32,410 nucleotides of DNA from Trypethelium eluteriae (taxonomy: Eukaryota): assembly GCA_051942245.1 (NCBI GenBank), contig JAVECL010000261.1, forward strand, positions 1 through 32,410. The letters are read 5' to 3'. A model generated the notes under the pieces. That model did not search any database. It worked only from the letters and a program-made list of their open reading frames with translations, and had not been told where the DNA came from. How positions within the stretch are numbered: position 1 is the stretch's first letter; every line of letters begins with the position of its first letter. A program made the translations under genes and the position numbers. This document shows positions 31,150 to 32,410 of this stretch, one piece after another.

Positions 31150-31941
31150 ATGCAACGACTCATCCTTCTCGCCTTTCCTTTCCTCGCTTTCGCCCAATCA
31201 TCATCATCATCTCAATCCCTGTCTCCATCCTCATCCCCATCGTCTGCCGCTCCCTCTGGTTCGACATCCGCAGTACCAGCAATCAATCACGGCACCAATC
31301 AATACACATACATGGGTTGCTACAACGAAACCACCTCTGAGCCTGGGGCCCCTCGGGCGTTGACTATGGGCGTTCAACTTAATGCTCGCTGGGTTCGTCT
31401 CCCATCCTATCAACCCATTCTTCTTCATTGATGGTACTAATACAATCGTTGCATGGAAACAGGAGTCTGAAGATGACATGACAGTCGAGATGTGCATCGC
31501 CTACTGCGGCCAGAACAACACCAAATAGTGTGTCCCAACCCCTACCCAGTTTACGACCTGATTCGACGGTGGTTGACATTATAAAACAGCGCCGGCCTTG
31601 AATACTCTCGTGAATGCTGGTGTGGCAACTTCCTCAGCAGCGATTCTGCCCTCCTTCCAGACTCGCAATGCAATTCGACGTGTGCGGGAAATTCGAGCGA
31701 GGCCTGCGGACAGAGCGAAAAGTAAGTCCTAACACCAATTTCACAATCATTGTATACGAACCCATGGGAGGAGAATCTATAGAATCGCAGATTGGCTGAC
31801 CCAGCATGTGCAATTAGGCTTCTGGTGTATAATCGCACGGGTGCTGCAAGTGGGATGTGGGCGGAAGGAGCAAGATCAGGGGCGTTGTATGCATCAGCGA
31901 CGACGGCATTGGTCTTGGGGTTTGGCACGCTGATGCTTTGA
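31150..31941 (+). CDS. Small secreted, probably GPI-anchored WSC-domain protein, 187 aa. Exons 31150-31392, 31463-31527, 31590-31721, 31818-31941
   Basis: Signal peptide MQRLILLAFPFLAFA and an S/P-rich linker. WSC motifs YTYMGCYNE...RAL...MTVEMCIAYC...YAGLEYSRECWCGN...CNSTCAGNSSEACG...LLVY. Hydrophobic C-terminus (GAAS...ALVLGFGTLML*). Donors are GTTCGT, GTGTGT and GTAAGT, and phases are consistent. Confidence 0.88.
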
Positions 31942-32410
31942 TATGGCATCGGACCTGTATGAAAGAGCTGTGAATAAGGCATAAATGGGCATTGCGTTTT
32001 GGGGTTTGCGAATAGAAAGCATTGGAGTTTGGTTGGGTTTATGTCTCTACCTGTCGGAAATGGCACCGCATAGAGCGCGGTCAGCCATTTCCCAAAGACT
32101 GAGTGGTCTCTCTTAGAAACGCATTACCGCATTTGATAATGGTATAAACCTTTGATGGAGGGTTCTTTGTAGAACAGAACCTTTTTGTACCAATTCATGA
32201 TTCAAAGCCAGAAGTAGGATGGAATATCCCAAAGAATAACCCACAAACAGGACATAGGTATCGCAAAAGAAGGTCCAGCCAAACACAACAAACGCATCCC
32301 GAACGCCTCAAGTCAATCGTCATTCATGCAACCGCACCCATCCCATAATTTCCGCCCTCAATCGCCCCCGCTCGTACCCTGAAACCTCTCCCATCCCCCT
32401 CACCCAGCAC

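Noticed and set aside
32159..32186. GGTTCT/AGAACC hairpin followed by a T-run, resembling an intrinsic terminator
   Set aside because: This mechanism is bacterial and the stem is short enough to arise by chance.
32320..32410. Possible 3' end of a minus-strand gene (...WVRGMGEVSGYERGRLRAEIMGWVRLHE*)
   Set aside because: Only about 30 codons are visible, an alternative frame is equally open, and I recognise no family.

Overview
Eukaryotic DNA from a filamentous ascomycete (Pezizomycotina), judged from short GT/GC-AG introns with CTRAY branch sites and fungal-type orthologs. It is gene-dense and mostly housekeeping. There are ten well-supported protein-coding genes: PRP3 (-), RNA Pol I largest subunit RPA190 (+), an Srp1-type SR splicing factor (-, 5 exons), a secreted GH31 alpha-glucosidase (-, 3 exons), RPL19 (-, 4 exons, start codon split by an intron), listerin LTN1/RKR1 (-), a Nu/Ure2-like GST (+, 3 exons), RAD3/XPD (+), Ras2/RasB (+, 2 exons) and a small GPI-anchored WSC-domain protein (+, 4 exons). 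I saw no transposon, tRNA, rRNA or CRISPR. The most unusual signals concern splicing. Three of the 16 introns I reconstructed appear to use GC donors (SR gene, Ras2 and probably LTN1). The SR gene has several weak splice sites whose alternatives give truncated products, which suggests autoregulation. A structured, C/D-box-like element sits behind an orphan micro-exon in the 3.9 kb RAD3-Ras2 gap, and Ras2 has about 1 kb of ATG-free leader. All gene models were built by hand without alignments or RNA-seq, and homolog comparisons are from memory.
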